Shown here one piece after another: positions 7,792 to 17,471 of a DNA stretch of 64,000 bases. Within the stretch, counting starts at the first letter, position 1. Each line of letters begins with the position of its first letter. Source of the stretch: Oscillospiraceae bacterium. Its GTDB lineage: Bacteria; Bacillota; Clostridia; Oscillospirales; Oscillospiraceae. The stretch is taken from assembly GCA_029257695.1 (NCBI GenBank), contig JARIAU010000059.1:152-64151 (forward strand), given 5' to 3'. Below the pieces are notes generated by a model. It worked only from the letters and a program-made list of their open reading frames with translations. It had not been told where the DNA came from and did not search any database. A program made the position numbers and the translations under genes.

Positions 7792-10700
7792 TTACTTGCC
7801 CAGCGAGTTGAGCAGAGCGGTTTCCTCGGCATTGGCGGCCTGACCGGCGACCACATCACCCGTCACATGGGAGAAGGCCGTGTTGGAGATGAAGTTGAAT
7901 TCATCCCGCTGATGCAGTTTGCTGGTCAGAGTGCTGCCAAAGAGGACCACATCCAGATCCACATCGTCGGCACCCTTGCCCTTGTACTGGAATGCCTGAA
8001 TGGACTTCAGGAATTCGGCATTGTTGCTGTCCTCGCCCTCGGGCATGAAGCCTTCCAGAGGAGCCTTGGTGTTGTCCATCTGGACCAGAACCTTGGCGCC
8101 CTCGGGAATGGCCTGGAAGTAACCGGTGCCGAAGCCGTAGAGGATGTCATCGCCTTCGGCCACATAGCTGGCGTTGACCAGTGTCGTTGCGGGGTAGGTG
8201 ACATAGGCCAGAGCGTCCATTGCGGCATCGCTGGCGTTGTTCCAAACCATCTGGCCCTCGTTGAACAGCTCCTTCTCGGCGGAGATGGAGGCATAGGGGC
8301 CATAGCCCATGTAAGGTGTGCCGGAGCGGATGGCATCCAAGGCGGCGTCATCCAGAGCGCAGTTGCCGATGATCAGATCGGCCTCGGCAGCGTTCTCGGT
8401 CACATCAAAGCCCAGCATACGCATGGCCTGACGGTCGTAGTTGTACTCGTGGGAATCCCAGTCGATCATGGTGGTCAGCACAAAGCCTTCGTCATTGGGC
8501 TCGGGCTTGCCGGAGATGTAGATCAGGGGGGACTTGGTGAGAGCCACCGTCAGCGGTGCGTTCTTTTCTTCCACGCCCTCGCCGGAGAGGAGATACTTCT
8601 CGGAGATGGTCTTCCAGTCGGCGTAATTCACCAGGAAGGAGCCCTTCTTTTCCCCGCCCAGAATCATGCCGACGGACTTGCCGTTCTTCAGCAGCTCGTT
8701 GACGGCGGCGGTGGAATCCTCGGAGACATTGCTCAAAATGACCTTGCTGTCTTCGACGCCGGTGAAGTAGGACTTCACATCCCACTGATCGTTTTCCTTG
8801 CACACGGCGGCGATGGTCTGATAGGCATCGGGCTCGGCGCAGGTGATCATATCAAAGCCACGGGTCTTGTTGAAGGCGGTGATGCCCTCGGAGTAGAGGA
8901 TGGGCCAGCCGGTGATGTAAGTGCCGCGGTACAGCATACCGTTGGCCACGGAGCGCTTCGCCTGATACATGGACACCACAGCGGTGCCGGCAGGATACTC
9001 CACACCGTCATAGGTGAAGGGCTGATCGGCACGCAGTACCTTGACATCGTTGCGCTTCAGGTACTCCAGCATGGCCTTGGCTGCGGGCAGGTTCTTCTGA
9101 TGCTCGCCGTCCATGGGGATGACATAGCACTCGGGATAGAAGTTGCCGTTCTGGCCTTCGCCGTCGTACTCGGGACGGAAGACATCCATTTCGGCGCCTT
9201 CCACATCATACTGGTCTGCCAGCCACTGGCCGACCTGCTCATATGCGTCGGAGTTTTCGTTGTTGACGCCGCGCTTGAAAATCTCGGCCTGTGCGGTCAG
9301 ATAATCCTGCTTGTTGGCGGCGATGTAGTTGCTCTGACCCAGCATACCGAAGGCGGCCGCACGGACGGCGTCGTCGTTGTAGGCCGGCAGCTCACAGGTG
9401 TAGGAAACCGTGCCCTGCAGCATGGAATACTGGGGAGTGTAACTGGTGGACATATCGTCCCAGGGGCTGAACCACTGGGTCTGATCCTTGCCGTCAGCGG
9501 TCTTGTTGCCGTTGTAGCTCAAATAGTCACGCTGGGGGATCACATAGCTGTTGTAGCTGTCGTTGTTGGCAATGGCGGATGCGCCCAGAGCTTCGCCGCC
9601 GGGGATCAGATGCTTTGCCAGCAGGTCATACTCAAAGTTGGGCTCGTGCGGAGGATCGCAGGGCTCGCACTGGAACTCCTCAATACGGCCGTGGAACTCC
9701 ACCATGCTGACGGGGTTCCAAGAGGCGATCAGGTGAGACATGTTCTGGGTCTCGGCCTGGGTCTGGAAGGAGTTGTCACGGTTCAGGTCCATACCGCCGG
9801 AGGAGGTACGGCACAGATAGGTGCGGCCTTCCACATTCTCTTCGGGAACCAAAATGTAGAAGATATTGTCCAGCAGATCGTCCAGCTTGACGGTCTCGGT
9901 CTCGGAGGTGTAATACTTCTTCAGATCCACCTCGGAGGAGACACCCACGCCGTCCTCACGCAGCCAGCCCAGATAGCTGGCGGTATCCTTCACCAGATCG
10001 GGAACGGCAACGCTGCCTTCCACGCCGGGTTCGCCCATCTGCTCCTGCAGCTGGGTCTTGCCCTCTTCGGTGAAGCCGGTCAGCTTGTCATAGCTGAGGG
10101 TCTTGTCGCCGGCAGCGGATTCCAGCAGCATCCATGCGAACTTGATGACGCCGTCGGCGGCAGCCACTTCGTTGGCGTGGACATTGGTGTACATGATGGG
10201 GACCTGATAGTCGCCCAGTTCGTTGTTTTGGAGTTTGGCCAGCAGGGCCTCGGGATCGTTGATGGCTTCCTCACGGATGCTCTTCCACTTCTCCACCGCG
10301 TCCTTATCCCGGGCAATGATGAGATAGGGCATATCGAGGCTTTCCAGACCGTAGTCGCCGGCACTCTTGCCCATGGAGAACTTCTCCACATAGAGATCGG
10401 TCTTCTCCGATGCGAAGGAAACCATCTGTTCCATCTCATCGTACATCTCGCTCATGGTGTTGAAGTCATCATAGGGGACAATCTTGACCGGAGCCGTACC
10501 GAGGGTGGTGCCGTCCACGGTGGCGGTCAGATTGAAGTAGCCGCAGTCGTCGATGAAGGGACCGCCGTTGTAGTGGGGAACACTGGGGTCAATGCTCCAC
10601 TCTTCGGTCTCTTCGTCCTGCACACGGAAGTAGATGTCGTTGTCAAAGGTGACGACCAGACAGACCTTGCCGTCCACCGTCTCCACAGAAGTGGACACAT

Positions 10701-11061
10701 TGGAGAACAAGGGGGTGGTTTCGTCGGTGCACTTCCACTCATCCAGAGGACCGCCCTGGTTCTGGTAGGGATAAAGTTTTTCGTCCGAGTACACCTTTTC
10801 CGTGTCACGGTTCAGGGACCAGACGACCTTGTCTGCCAGTTCCTTGGCTTCGGCCTCGGTCTTATCGACCGGGATCTCTGCCTTGAAGGTGCGGGCATTG
10901 GTCAGACTGATGAAGTTTTGTCCCTCATCACCGGAGGTGTTGAGGAAGGTCGCTTCCGGGGCCTTGGGGTTGGTTTTCTGTCCGCATCCCACCAGGGAAA
11001 CGAACATTGCCATTGCCAGCAGAACTGCCAGCAATCGCTTTGCAAGAGGAGCTTTTTTCAT
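7792..11061 (-). CDS. large secreted lipoprotein with central M14 zinc-carboxypeptidase domain
   Basis: MKKAPLAKRLLAVLLAMAMFVSLVGC lipobox. M14 motifs VHANE, GGMDLNRD and EFHGR. 1089 aa. Confidence 0.8.
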   Translation of the reverse strand: MKKAPLAKRLLAVLLAMAMFVSLVGCGQKTNPKAPEATFLNTSGDEGQNFISLTNARTFKAEIPVDKTEAEAKELADKVVWSLNRDTEKVYSDEKLYPYQNQGGPLDEWKCTDETTPLFSNVSTSVETVDGKVCLVVTFDNDIYFRVQDEETEEWSIDPSVPHYNGGPFIDDCGYFNLTATVDGTTLGTAPVKIVPYDDFNTMSEMYDEMEQMVSFASEKTDLYVEKFSMGKSAGDYGLESLDMPYLIIARDKDAVEKWKSIREEAINDPEALLAKLQNNELGDYQVPIMYTNVHANEVAAADGVIKFAWMLLESAAGDKTLSYDKLTGFTEEGKTQLQEQMGEPGVEGSVAVPDLVKDTASYLGWLREDGVGVSSEVDLKKYYTSETETVKLDDLLDNIFYILVPEENVEGRTYLCRTSSGGMDLNRDNSFQTQAETQNMSHLIASWNPVSMVEFHGRIEEFQCEPCDPPHEPNFEYDLLAKHLIPGGEALGASAIANNDSYNSYVIPQRDYLSYNGNKTADGKDQTQWFSPWDDMSTSYTPQYSMLQGTVSYTCELPAYNDDAVRAAAFGMLGQSNYIAANKQDYLTAQAEIFKRGVNNENSDAYEQVGQWLADQYDVEGAEMDVFRPEYDGEGQNGNFYPECYVIPMDGEHQKNLPAAKAMLEYLKRNDVKVLRADQPFTYDGVEYPAGTAVVSMYQAKRSVANGMLYRGTYITGWPILYSEGITAFNKTRGFDMITCAEPDAYQTIAAVCKENDQWDVKSYFTGVEDSKVILSNVSEDSTAAVNELLKNGKSVGMILGGEKKGSFLVNYADWKTISEKYLLSGEGVEEKNAPLTVALTKSPLIYISGKPEPNDEGFVLTTMIDWDSHEYNYDRQAMRMLGFDVTENAAEADLIIGNCALDDAALDAIRSGTPYMGYGPYASISAEKELFNEGQMVWNNASDAAMDALAYVTYPATTLVNASYVAEGDDILYGFGTGYFQAIPEGAKVLVQMDNTKAPLEGFMPEGEDSNNAEFLKSIQAFQYKGKGADDVDLDVVLFGSTLTSKLHQRDEFNFISNTAFSHVTGDVVAGQAANAEETALLNSLGK

Positions 11062-11142
11062 TGTGACCACCTTTCTATTGCTGCAAGTTTGCAAAGGTAC
11101 TCACCGGTCCACCGGAATTGCTCCGGGTGGATTGGCAAGCAT

Positions 11143-11170
11143 ATTATAGCACCGTGTACAAAACAGTCAA
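11143..11170 (-). promoter_or_regulatory. promoter of the M14 lipoprotein gene
   Basis: Minus strand TTGACT (11170-11165), 16 nt, TGcTATAAT (11151-11143). Confidence 0.55.
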
Positions 11171-11311
11171 CATCTGATTAGTGAAAATGCCGTTTTTGAC
11201 AATAACTTTAGAAAAAGATTGGTCAAAATGACTAAATGAGAAAAGGGGCTTGGGCAAGGACCTCCAAGCGGAAAGAACGCTCTCTCGGAGGATTCCGTGT
11301 ATGCAGACCAC

Positions 11312-11367
11312 AAAAAACGCAGAACCCACCCGCCCTCTTCCAAGAGAGAACGGGTGGATTCTGCGTT
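11312..11367 (-). terminator. intrinsic terminator after murE
   Basis: 17-bp stem AACGCAGAAtCCACCCG / CGGGTGGgTTCTGCGTT followed by TTTTT on the minus strand. Confidence 0.7.
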
Positions 11368-11427
11368 TCATACAATCCAAATGCCGGGCGGACGACAAAG
11401 GTGTGTGCAGCACCGGAGGAAGGGGAT

Positions 11428-12897
11428 TCAGCGGCCGGCCAGCAGGTCGGCAATCAGCTCCCGTTCATCCATGTGGAACTTTTCACCCTTGATTTCCTGA
11501 TAGTCCTCATGGCCCTTGCCGGCCAGCAGAACAATGTCGCCCTTCTGGGCGTGCTCCATGCAGTAGCGGATGGCCTCTTTGCGGTCGGGGACCGTCACAT
11601 AGGCGCCATCGGCCTTCTGTACGCCGATCAGAATGTCGTTGATGATGTCCATCGGCTCCTCGAACCGGGGGTTGTCACTGGTGACCACCGTCAGGTCGGC
11701 CAGACGGGAAGAAACTTCGCCCATCTCATAGCGGCGCACTTTGGAGCGGTTGCCGCCGCAGCCAAACATACAGAGGATGCGGTTGGGACCGTACTTGCGG
11801 ATGTTTTTCAGCAGGGCCTCCAGGCTCATGGCGTTGTGGGCATAGTCGATCATCAAAGTGTAATCACCGGGGACCGGGACCACCTCCAGACGGCCCTTGA
11901 CCTGCACCTGATCCAGAGCGGACCGGATGTTCTCCTGACTGACGCCCAGATGGCGGCACAGAGCAATGGCAGCCAGCGAGTTATAAACGGTAAAATCACC
12001 GGGAATATCCACCCGGACGGGATAGTTGGCCAGACCGGTCAGCTGATACTGCACCCCCAGATAGCCCGGCTCGCTGATGCGCTGAATGTCAGTGGCCCGC
12101 AGATCGGCAGGATGCTCAATGCCAAAGCTCTCGATCTCGCAGGTGCGGCGGTCCAGCACCTCGTCCAGATAGTCGGCGTCGGCGTTGATCAGACCCAGCT
12201 TGCACTTGCGGAACAGCAGGCTCTTGCAGTAGATGTAATCGGCCATGTCGGGATGCTCGGCGCCGCCGATGTGGTCCTCCTCCAGATTGGTGAAGATGCC
12301 GTAATCAAAGAGGAAGCCGCCCACACGGTCCAGCTTCAGGGCCTGGGAGGACACCTCCATTACCACATGGGTGATGCCGGCATCCACCATGCGGCGGAAA
12401 TACTGCTGCAGCAGGAAGGATTCGGGGGTGGTGTTGACGGCGGGGATATGCTCCTCACCGATAATGACCTCGATGGTGCCGATGAGGCCGGTGTTCAGAC
12501 CGGCATGCTGCATCATGTCCCGAATCATGTAAGTGGTGGTGGTTTTTCCCTTGGTGCCGGTGATGCCGATGGTGGTCAGCTGTTCGGCCGGATGTCCGAA
12601 CCATGCGGCGGACAGCTCTGCCAGAGCGGTGCGGCTGCTGTTGACCCGCAGCACCGTGATGTCGGCGGGGACTTCTACCTCACGCTCCACCACGACACAG
12701 GCGGCACCCTTGGCAATCACATCCTCCAGATAGTCGTGGCCGTCGGAAATTGCACCCACGATGCACACAAAAATGCAGCCCGGGGTGACCTTGCGGGAGT
12801 CGTAGACCAGTTCACTGATCTCACGATCCAGTTTGCCCTGAATCAGGGTGTAGCTCATTTTGGGAACCAGTTCCAGCAAAGATCTCATCGTGTCCAT
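11428..12897 (-). CDS. murE: UDP-MurNAc-L-Ala-D-Glu:meso-diaminopimelate ligase
   Basis: Mur ligase motifs GITGTKGKTTTTYM and DYAHNAMS. MurE-type N-terminus (ELVYDSRKVTPGCIFVCIVG). Confidence 0.9.
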   Translation of the reverse strand: MDTMRSLLELVPKMSYTLIQGKLDREISELVYDSRKVTPGCIFVCIVGAISDGHDYLEDVIAKGAACVVVEREVEVPADITVLRVNSSRTALAELSAAWFGHPAEQLTTIGITGTKGKTTTTYMIRDMMQHAGLNTGLIGTIEVIIGEEHIPAVNTTPESFLLQQYFRRMVDAGITHVVMEVSSQALKLDRVGGFLFDYGIFTNLEEDHIGGAEHPDMADYIYCKSLLFRKCKLGLINADADYLDEVLDRRTCEIESFGIEHPADLRATDIQRISEPGYLGVQYQLTGLANYPVRVDIPGDFTVYNSLAAIALCRHLGVSQENIRSALDQVQVKGRLEVVPVPGDYTLMIDYAHNAMSLEALLKNIRKYGPNRILCMFGCGGNRSKVRRYEMGEVSSRLADLTVVTSDNPRFEEPMDIINDILIGVQKADGAYVTVPDRKEAIRYCMEHAQKGDIVLLAGKGHEDYQEIKGEKFHMDERELIADLLAGR

Positions 12898-13715
12898 TCT
12901 CCTTCAAATACTGTGCAGGCAGGGCCGGTCATGTAGACATGGCCATCCTCTGCCAGTTCAATTTCCAGTGCGCCGCCCCGAAGCAGGACCGTGGCCTTGG
13001 GTCCGGTGCGGTGGGTCAGGCAGGCCGCCACCACGCTGGCGCAGGCGCCGGTGCCGCAGGCGAGGGTTTCGCCGCTGCCACGCTCCCACACACGCATTTC
13101 CAGCGTGTGGTCGTCGATGACCCGAATAAATTCCGTGTTGACCCGTTCCGGGAACATGGGGTGATGCTCGAAGTGGGGGCCGATCTCCTCCAACGGCAGG
13201 TGGGCCACTTCGTCAGCCCAGACTACGGCATGGGGGTTGCCCATGCTGATGCAGGTCATGGCCCAAGTCTGTCCGGCGATCTCCACGGGCCGGTCAAGGA
13301 CGGAATCTCCCATGCCCACCACGGGGACCGCAGCAGCAGACCAGTCCGCCTTGCCCATGTCCACCCGGACCCGGGCGACCAGACCGTTCTCTACCTCCAG
13401 GCGGAGGTGCTTCAAGCCGCTTTTCGTTTCAATGGTCAGTTCGGTGTTCTGGGTGAGCCCCTTGTCGTAGACGAATTTGCCCACACAGCGGATGCCGTTG
13501 CCGCACATGCTGCCCTCGCTGCCGTCGGCGTTGTACATTGCCATGCGGAAATCTGCGACTTCCGAGGGGCAAATCAGGATCATGCCGTCCCCGCCCACGC
13601 CAAAGTGGCGGTCGCTGAGGGTGATGGCCATGCGCTCCGGATCGGCCAGCGGTGTCCGGGTGCAGTCGATGTAGACATAGTCGTTGCCGCAGCCCTGCAT
13701 TTTGGTGAACTTCAT
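12885..13715 (-). CDS. dapF: diaminopimelate epimerase
   Basis: MKFTKMQGCGNDYVYID start. Catalytic Cys motifs MCGNGIRC and ETLACGTGA. Overlaps the murE start. Confidence 0.9.
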   Translation of the reverse strand: MKFTKMQGCGNDYVYIDCTRTPLADPERMAITLSDRHFGVGGDGMILICPSEVADFRMAMYNADGSEGSMCGNGIRCVGKFVYDKGLTQNTELTIETKSGLKHLRLEVENGLVARVRVDMGKADWSAAAVPVVGMGDSVLDRPVEIAGQTWAMTCISMGNPHAVVWADEVAHLPLEEIGPHFEHHPMFPERVNTEFIRVIDDHTLEMRVWERGSGETLACGTGACASVVAACLTHRTGPKATVLLRGGALEIELAEDGHVYMTGPACTVFEGEWTR

Positions 13716-13876
13716 CACAGAACCCCCCATTGAATTTCATACTCTTTTTATTATAGCAGTTCACATTGCAAAGTATAGAAAAGGAACTGCCGAAAACCAT
13801 GCAAAAAGTGCTGTATTGATTGCGGGAACGGGCAGCAGCTTTTATAATGAAGCAAAGAAAGGGAGGAAGATGCACC

Positions 13877-14461
13877 ATGGCAAAGAAAAAAATCCGGAAT
13901 ACCCGGGGAAAAATCGTGGCGGCCGCATGGGAGCTGTTTTATCGGCAGGGATATGAGGACACCACAGTGGAGGAAATCATCGAAAGCTCCGGCACCTCCC
14001 GAGGGTCCTTTTACCACTACTTCAGCGGCAAGGATGCCCTGCTGTCCTCTCTGAGCTATTTGTTTGATGACAAATATGAGGAGCTGATCGAAACGCTGCC
14101 TCCGGAGCAGCACGCCTTCGATACGCTGATGTATTTGAATCGGGAGCTGTTTGCCATGATCGACAGCACCGTATCGGTGGATCTGCTGAGCCAGATGTAT
14201 GCCGCCCAGCTGGTGACCAAAGGAGAAAAGCATCTGTTGGACCGGAATCGGCTGTACTATCGGATTTTGCGGGGCATTGCCAAAGGCGGACAGGAGCGGG
14301 GGGAGCTGCGCAGCGACATTCCCACCGGAGAAATCGTCAAGTCCTATGCCCTGTGTGAGCGTGGACTGCTCTATGATTGGTGCATTGCCGGCGGGGAGTA
14401 CTCCCTGCGGGATTATGCGGAGCGTATGATGCCCCTGTACCTCGGATATCTTCGGGTCTAA
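13877..14461 (+). CDS. TetR/AcrR family transcriptional regulator
   Basis: RBS GGGAGGAAG. TetR HTH: IVAAAWELFYRQGYEDTTVEEIIESSGTSRGSFYHYF. Confidence 0.8.
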   Translation: MAKKKIRNTRGKIVAAAWELFYRQGYEDTTVEEIIESSGTSRGSFYHYFSGKDALLSSLSYLFDDKYEELIETLPPEQHAFDTLMYLNRELFAMIDSTVSVDLLSQMYAAQLVTKGEKHLLDRNRLYYRILRGIAKGGQERGELRSDIPTGEIVKSYALCERGLLYDWCIAGGEYSLRDYAERMMPLYLGYLRV

Positions 14462-14520
14462 AAATATTTCTGCAATCTATTCTGTATCGTGTACAGTTTA
14501 TAATCATTGATATATAAGGG

Positions 14521-14555
14521 AAATTCCGTGCATTTTGAAAAAATGTACGGAATTT
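14521..14555. repeat. 35-bp near-perfect palindrome (candidate TetR operator or AT-rich terminator)
   Basis: AAATTCCGTGCATTTT-gaa-AAAATGTACGGAATTT, 15/16 arm matches. Lies between the tetR stop and the putP promoter (TTGTGT-17-TGgTATAGT, 14564-14592). Confidence 0.6.
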
Positions 14556-14624
14556 ATTCTGTGTTGTGTTCTGGTGTTTGCTCTGGTATAGTGGACTCAC
14601 ATTGAGTGAAAGAAGTGAGTTTGT

Positions 14625-16148
14625 ATGAATCTCCCGATGCTGGGAAATATCATTGCCATCACCGTCTATCTGGGCGGGATGCTGCTGCTGGGGTTCCGCT
14701 ATACCAAGGCCAGCAACAGTGCGGATGAATTTTATTTGGGCGGCCGGTCCTTGGGGCCTTATGTGACCGCCATGAGTGCCGAGGCCAGCGATATGTCCTC
14801 CTGGCTGCTGATGGGGCTGCCCGGTCTGGCCTATGCCAGCGGCATTTGCAGCGCCTTTTGGACGGCAGCCGGTCTGGCACTGGGCACCTATCTGAACTGG
14901 CTGCTGGTGGCCAAGCGGCTGCGCCACTACTCGGCGGTGGCCAAGGACAGCGTCACCGTACCGGACTTTTTTGAACACCGCTTCCACGACCACAGCCATC
15001 TGCTGATGGGCCTTTCTGCCCTGGTCATCGTGATTTTCTTCATCCCTTATACCGCCTCCGGCTTTGCCGCCTGCGGCAAGCTGTTTTCCAGCCTGTTTGG
15101 GGTGAATTATGTGGCGGCGATGATCGTGTCCGCCGTGGTGATCGTGGCATACACGGCGATGGGCGGCTTTTTGGCTGCCTCTACCACCGATTTCGTGCAG
15201 TCGATCGTGATGAGTGTGGCTTTGGTGGTTATTCTGGTGTTCAGTCTGATGCAGGCCGGCGGCGTTGGTCCGGTGGTGGATTATGTGTCCGGTCTGGAGG
15301 GCTTTGTGTCGCTGACCCAGACCCATCAGGCGGCCGGAGCCGAGCCTTATGGCGCACTGGCCATTGTGTCCACACTGGCATGGGGACTGGGCTATTTTGG
15401 AATGCCCCATATCATGCTCCGGTTTATGGGCATTGAAGACCCCTCCAAGCTGAAAGTCAGCCGTCGGGTGGGCACCCTCTGGGTGGTCATTGCCATGGCG
15501 GTGGCCGTGCTGCTGGGTGTGCTGGGGCTTAGCATGGTTCATGCCGGAGCCATTGAAGGCGTGGGCGACTCGGAACGCATCCTGATTGCCATTGCCGGAC
15601 GGCTGTCCTCCTTTGGATTCCTGCCTGCCCTGCTGGCCGGTGTGGTTATGGCCGGTATTCTGGCCTGCACCATGTCCACCTGCGACAGCCAGCTGCTGGC
15701 GGCCTCCTCTTCCGTGTCGGAGAACATCCTCCACGGTGTGCTGGGACTGAATGTGAGCAAAAAGGCCAGCATGGTGGTGGCCCGGGGCACTTTGGTGGTC
15801 ATTTCGGCCATTGGTGTGTTCATGGCTCGTGACCCGGCCTCCTCTGTGTTCGGCATTGTGTCCTTTGCTTGGGCCGGATTTGGCGGCGCCTTCGGCGCCG
15901 TGGTGCTGTGTGCCCTGTTCTGGAGACGGGCCAACCGCTGGGGTGCCTTGGCCGGCATGATCGGCGGCGGTGTGATGGTGTTTGTCTGGAAGTTTGCCCT
16001 CCGGCCCTTGGGCGGTCTGTGGGACATCTATGAGCTGCTGCCGGCCTTCCTGACGAGCCTGCTGCTCATTGTGGTGGTCAGCCTCCTGACCCCTGCCCCC
16101 GGAAAGGAAATCACCGAGGAATTTGATGCCGTGAAGGCGATGCAGTAA
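14625..16148 (+). CDS. putP: sodium:solute (proline) symporter, SSS family
   Basis: FYLGGRSLGPYVTAMSAEASDMSSWLLMGLPGLAY PutP-type N-terminus. About 13 TM segments. Confidence 0.85.
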   Translation: MNLPMLGNIIAITVYLGGMLLLGFRYTKASNSADEFYLGGRSLGPYVTAMSAEASDMSSWLLMGLPGLAYASGICSAFWTAAGLALGTYLNWLLVAKRLRHYSAVAKDSVTVPDFFEHRFHDHSHLLMGLSALVIVIFFIPYTASGFAACGKLFSSLFGVNYVAAMIVSAVVIVAYTAMGGFLAASTTDFVQSIVMSVALVVILVFSLMQAGGVGPVVDYVSGLEGFVSLTQTHQAAGAEPYGALAIVSTLAWGLGYFGMPHIMLRFMGIEDPSKLKVSRRVGTLWVVIAMAVAVLLGVLGLSMVHAGAIEGVGDSERILIAIAGRLSSFGFLPALLAGVVMAGILACTMSTCDSQLLAASSSVSENILHGVLGLNVSKKASMVVARGTLVVISAIGVFMARDPASSVFGIVSFAWAGFGGAFGAVVLCALFWRRANRWGALAGMIGGGVMVFVWKFALRPLGGLWDIYELLPAFLTSLLLIVVVSLLTPAPGKEITEEFDAVKAMQ

Positions 16149-16154
16149 CAAGAG

Positions 16155-16190
16155 AACCCCCGATGTGCCGCTAAATGCACATCGGGGGTT
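16155..16190. terminator. bidirectional terminator between convergent putP and GNAT genes
   Basis: AACCCCCGATGTGC-N8-GCACATCGGGGGTT. Confidence 0.7.
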
Positions 16191-16193
16191 TTG

Positions 16194-16679
16194 TCATACT
16201 TGAAATTGAAACACGACGGTGTCCTGCCAGCGGTCCTCGTTTCCTTCGTCCCGGGCAATGATGCGGCCGCCCATATGGCGATAAAAGTCCATGGCATTGG
16301 TGTTGTCCGGCTGACAGTGGCAGCAAAAGGCGGTTTGCTGGTGTCGGGTGCAGAAGTCCCGCACAAAGGCAAAGGCCTGCCGCCCAATGCCGTGTTTTTG
16401 CGCCTCCGGCAAAAGATAGAGGGAATAAAGCAGCAGGACCGGCCCCTCCTTCAGCGTCAGATAACCCACCGTCCGGCCCTCCGTCTGAAGAAAGAAGTGG
16501 TGGAACCCGGGGTCCCGGATGCGGCGGAGATCCCGCTCTTTGTGCCAGTCAAAATCGAAGTGTTCCAGCAGTTCTGCGGGGTAGATCCCTTCATAGGTGG
16601 CGGTCCATGCCGATTGCCGCAGCCGCCCCAATGCAGGGGCATCGCTCTCCGTGAGCGGGAGAAAGGAAACGGGACTCAT
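16194..16679 (-). CDS. GNAT family N-acetyltransferase
   Basis: GYLTL..LLYSLYLLPEAQKHGIGRQAFAFV acetyl-CoA binding motif. Confidence 0.75.
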   Translation of the reverse strand: MSPVSFLPLTESDAPALGRLRQSAWTATYEGIYPAELLEHFDFDWHKERDLRRIRDPGFHHFFLQTEGRTVGYLTLKEGPVLLLYSLYLLPEAQKHGIGRQAFAFVRDFCTRHQQTAFCCHCQPDNTNAMDFYRHMGGRIIARDEGNEDRWQDTVVFQFQV

Positions 16680-17254
16680 TTGTCGTCCTTCTTCCGATCC
16701 GCACCGATGGCGGCAATCATGGATGCGATGCCCTGCTGCACTTGGGGCAGATCGGCCGGACAGCGGAAGGCGGGGGTGTAGTAGAGGTTTCGCAGGGAAT
16801 CATGGCAGAAGGAAGTGGGGGAAACGGAGGCCTGTTCGTCTTGCAGCAGCTCCGGCCCCAGAATCAGACGGAGAAAATCCAGTCCGGCGCACATGGTGGC
16901 GATTGGTTTGCCTGCATCCAGAAAGGCGTGGAGCAGCGTGTGAACTGCGGGCTGATCGGCATAATTTGCACGCAGGCCCATGCCGCCGAGAATCAGAAGG
17001 CAGTCAAAGTCCTTTGGATCAATGGACTCCAAGGACAAAATGCGCCCCCGCCCCATGCGGGCGGACTCCACAAGCACATTCCGCAGAGGACCGGATGCCT
17101 CGGAGCAGTGGTCGATGGAAGGGACCCACCGGGACAGGGCCACGGGCTGATAATGCCAGTGGTGCTGTTCCAACGCAAGATAGGTGAGGATTACCTCCTC
17201 AATACAGGAGCCATCCCCCAGACCGCAGCCGGCCAATAACACCAAACCATTCAC
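16676..17254 (-). CDS. DJ-1/PfpI superfamily protein, ElbB-like glyoxalase
   Basis: GTG start 9 nt after AGGAGG. LLAGCGLGDGSCIEEV and DCLLILGGMG..PIATMCAG resemble E. coli ElbB. The ORF-track N-terminal extension to 17593 has no support. Confidence 0.65.
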   Translation of the reverse strand: MNGLVLLAGCGLGDGSCIEEVILTYLALEQHHWHYQPVALSRWVPSIDHCSEASGPLRNVLVESARMGRGRILSLESIDPKDFDCLLILGGMGLRANYADQPAVHTLLHAFLDAGKPIATMCAGLDFLRLILGPELLQDEQASVSPTSFCHDSLRNLYYTPAFRCPADLPQVQQGIASMIAAIGADRKKDDK

Positions 17255-17334
17255 CTTCAAACGCCTCCTAGATGTGTTGTTGGGTTCAGCATAGCATACC
17301 CGGCCGGAAAAGGCTACCCCAACCCGCCGCAGGA

Positions 17335-17368
17335 AGAAAAACAGGCAGCCACAAGTGTGGCTGCCTGT
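17335..17368 (-). terminator. intrinsic terminator downstream of the S15 peptidase gene
   Basis: ACAGGCAGCCAC-N4-GTGGCTGCCTGT followed by TTTTTCTTCC on the minus strand. Confidence 0.7.
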
Positions 17369-17471
17369 CGTGTTGCAGGGGAATGGGTTCGGGATTCCGG
17401 GTAAGGCTGCAAAAACCAAGGGCCGGAACGGGAACCCGTCACCGGAGGTCCGGTGACTTAGAACATTGGAA

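Noticed and set aside
7735-11181. 1148-aa ORF on the + strand
   Set aside because: It lies exactly antisense to the M14 lipoprotein gene. It has no RBS and a low-complexity G/A/V/L/H/D-rich translation. The minus frame has a lipobox and M14 motifs. It is an antisense-frame artefact of GC3-rich coding DNA.
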